Shown here piece after piece: positions 61,790 through 64,000 of a stretch of DNA of 64,000 nucleotides. This stretch comes from Anaeramoeba ignava BMAN (lineage: Eukaryota; Protista; Anaeramoebae), in NCBI GenBank assembly GCA_028826165.1, contig JAPDFW010000094.1, positions 124,001 to 188,000 of the forward strand, given 5' to 3'. The translations under genes were made by a program, and so were the position numbers. Each line of letters opens with the position of its first letter. Within the stretch, counting starts at the first letter, position 1. The notes beneath the pieces are model-generated. The model was not told the DNA's origin. It did not search any database and was given only the letters and a program-made list of their open reading frames with translations.

Positions 61790-61985
61790 AAATCATTTTA
61801 AATCAAATCATTTCAAATCATTTCAAATCAAATCATTTTAAATCATTTTAAATCAAATCATTTTAAATCATTTTAAATCATTTTAAATCAAATCATTTTA
61901 AATCATTTTAAATCAAATCATTTTAAATCATTTTAAATCAAATCATTTTAAATCATTTTAAATCAAATCATTTTAAATCAAATCA
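61790..61985. repeat. AAATCATTTT decamer repeat between the convergent NagB and RhoGAP 3' ends
   Basis: About 15 units abutting the RhoGAP stop codon. Confidence 0.85.
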
Positions 61986-64000
61986 TTTGTCGAATTTTGA
62001 TATTTCCAAAGATTTAAGTAAAGTCAACAAGAAAAGTTGTTCTTTAGGTTGATTTAATGTAACTTTTCTAAATGTAACTGAACCAGAGCGCAATAAATTA
62101 GGAGCAAAAACTAATGCTAAATTAGCAGGATTTGTTCCTGTTTGGTTCATTACTTCAGGTTCATTAAATTCTCTTAAAAATTTGATAATATAAATTAATG
62201 TTGTTAATTGAACTGGTGTTAATTGCTTTAAAACTTCTTCTTCTTCTTCAATTTTTCCAGCAGAAGTAAGACATTGTTGACTAAATTTTAATTTTAATTT
62301 TAATTTTAATTTTATTTTTAATTTTAATTTTAATTTTAATTTTAATTTCAATATTAATTTTAATTTTAATTTTAAATATAATTTTTAATTTTAATTTTAA
62401 ATTTTAATTTTAATTTTAATTTAAATTTTGATTTTAATTTTAATTTTAATTTTGATTTTAATTTTAAAATTCAAATTATTTCCTAAAATGTACTAAAATT
62501 TAAGAGGAATTAATGGTTCAGGAAGATCTCTGAAAAATTGTTTTAAAAGTGAAGCTGCATCATTTGGATCTTTAAAAGAATATGTATAAATTCCATGATC
62601 AAATTGTGATTTTGCTGATGTCATTTCATCAGTTCTTCCAGGTGTTCTAAATATTCCTTGAGTTTTCATTCCTGAAAAAATAATTATTTAATTTAATTTT
62701 AATTTTAATTTTAATTTTAATTTTAATTTTAATTTTAATTTTAATTTTAATTTTAATTTTAATTTTAATTTTAATTTTAATTTTATAAATGAATTTAATT
62801 TTAATATTAATTATAATTTTAATTTTAATTTTAATTTTAAATAATTTTAATTTTAATTTTAAATTTTACCTCCTTTATCTTTAATTGCTTGACATAAAAA
62901 TGGTATAATTTTTGGAATTAAAGTATCTGGATCAGTTGTTCTTTGAAACCACATTACTTCTTCAACAGAAACACCAAACAAAGCAACAGATTTTGAAGGA
63001 GCAGTCTAAAAAAAAAAGAAAAACATTAAAAAAAGAAAAAAATAATAAAATAATTCCAAAACTTACAGAAATATTTTCAATTAATTCATCTAAAGGCATT
63101 TGGAAATCATCTTTATTTGCTCTTAAATTACAAATTGTTATGAATTTTAACATGCAATATTGTGAAAGTTGTGATATTATTCTTTTTGATTTTTTTAAAT
63201 GAGATGCAATATGACTTTTCAAATAATTTTCACTTTCTTCAGAAGGTGGAAAAGTTGAACAAACTAAAGTTAATAATTGCCAGCATCTTCGTTGGATTTC
63301 ACTAAATTTTAATTTTAATTTTAATTTTAATTTTAATTTTAATTTTAATTTTAATTTTAATTTTAATTTTAATTTTAATTTAATTTTAATTTTAATTTTA
63401 ATTTTAATTTTAATTTTAATTTTAATTTTAATTTTAATTTCAATTTTAATTTTAATTTTAATTTTAATTTCAATTTTAATTTTAATTTTAATTTCAATTT
63501 TAATTTTAATTTTAAATTTTAATTTTAATTTTATAAATGAATTTTGATTTTGATTTTAATTTTAATTTTAATTTTAATTTTAATTTTAGATTTTGATTTT
63601 AATTTTAATTTTTTTTAATTTTTAATTTTTTGAATTTTAATTTTGATTTTAATTTTAATTTACATATCAGGTGCTTGTAATTGTTTCATAAGCTGAAAGT
63701 AAATTTCATCACGAATCTCAGGAAATTCAATTCCTTTTGCAAGTATTTTTTTTGCAAACTCAGGTTTTTCAATTGTTTTTTTTCCTTTTGCACCAATATA
63801 AATTAAAATATCTTTTTGTTTTTTGAAAAAGAATAAAATATAAAAATAAATTCAAAGAAAGAAAAAAAAAAGCAAAAAAAAAATGAATTACTCTTAAAAA
63901 CTTCATTAGCAGCACTTTTATGCTTGCTATTCTTTGATTCAGAAACAGCTAAAAGAACAGCTTTATTAATTCCTTTGGGTTCATATTTAATGAGATCACG
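61983..64000 (-). CDS. MyTH4 + RhoGAP protein (ARHGAP39-like), 5' end beyond the window
   Basis: Spliced EIRDEIYFQLMKQL...RCWQLLTLVCSTFPPS (MyTH4). LFGVSVEEVM...IPKIIPFLCQAI..|GMKTQGIFRTPG...DPNDAASLLKQFFRDLPEPLIP...ANLALVFAPNLLR (RhoGAP with arginine finger). Confidence 0.9.

Noticed and set aside
1900-62351. Low-complexity ORFs (poly-IL, NF, FINL, YK, SK, LN) in the ORF track
   Set aside because: They are translations of intronic or intergenic microsatellites, or antisense frames of real exons.
1-64000. Alternative genetic code, inteins, transposases, telomeric repeats or AT-AC introns
   Set aside because: Conserved genes translate and terminate normally with the standard code, and all reconstructed introns are GT-AG. 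I recognised no Hint, RT or transposase motifs and no G-rich telomere repeats.

Overview
A very AT-rich, gene-dense eukaryotic (protist) genomic window using the standard genetic code, with GT-AG spliceosomal introns. The style (N/Q/E-rich microsatellite-encoded tracts, expanded RCC1-BTB genes, bacterial-type RpiB and long-form NagB) suggests an anaerobic amoeboid metamonad such as Anaeramoeba; this is an inference, not a database result. Splicing by hand gives 20 protein genes, in order: OXR1/NCOA7-like (partial), VPS9D1-like GEF, TFIIIC large subunit, two tandem RBX1 paralogs, a DUF4139-SPRY fusion, a coiled-coil protein, four tandem intronless RCC1-BTB-BTB genes, ERGIC3, RpiB, XRN1, SNAPC4, HGSNAT, MOB1, a PH/Ubl/villin protein, a NagB-PIG-L fusion and a MyTH4-RhoGAP (partial). 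A U4 snRNA gene with a PSE/USE-like element lies 62 bp before the TFIIIC start codon. The best candidate for an undescribed system is the 12.3-27.5 kb block. It holds putative CUL3 adaptors whose variation sits at the propeller loop tips and is shuffled between copies, next to two RBX1 paralogs with divergent coding exons but nearly identical intron 1 and 3' UTR. Other notable patterns are introns each filled by their own G-poor satellite, 5-19 nt microexons, large intergenic AT arrays every ~12-16 kb, and A/T skew flips at low-complexity islands. Several single-base frameshifts in homopolymers look like long-read assembly errors.
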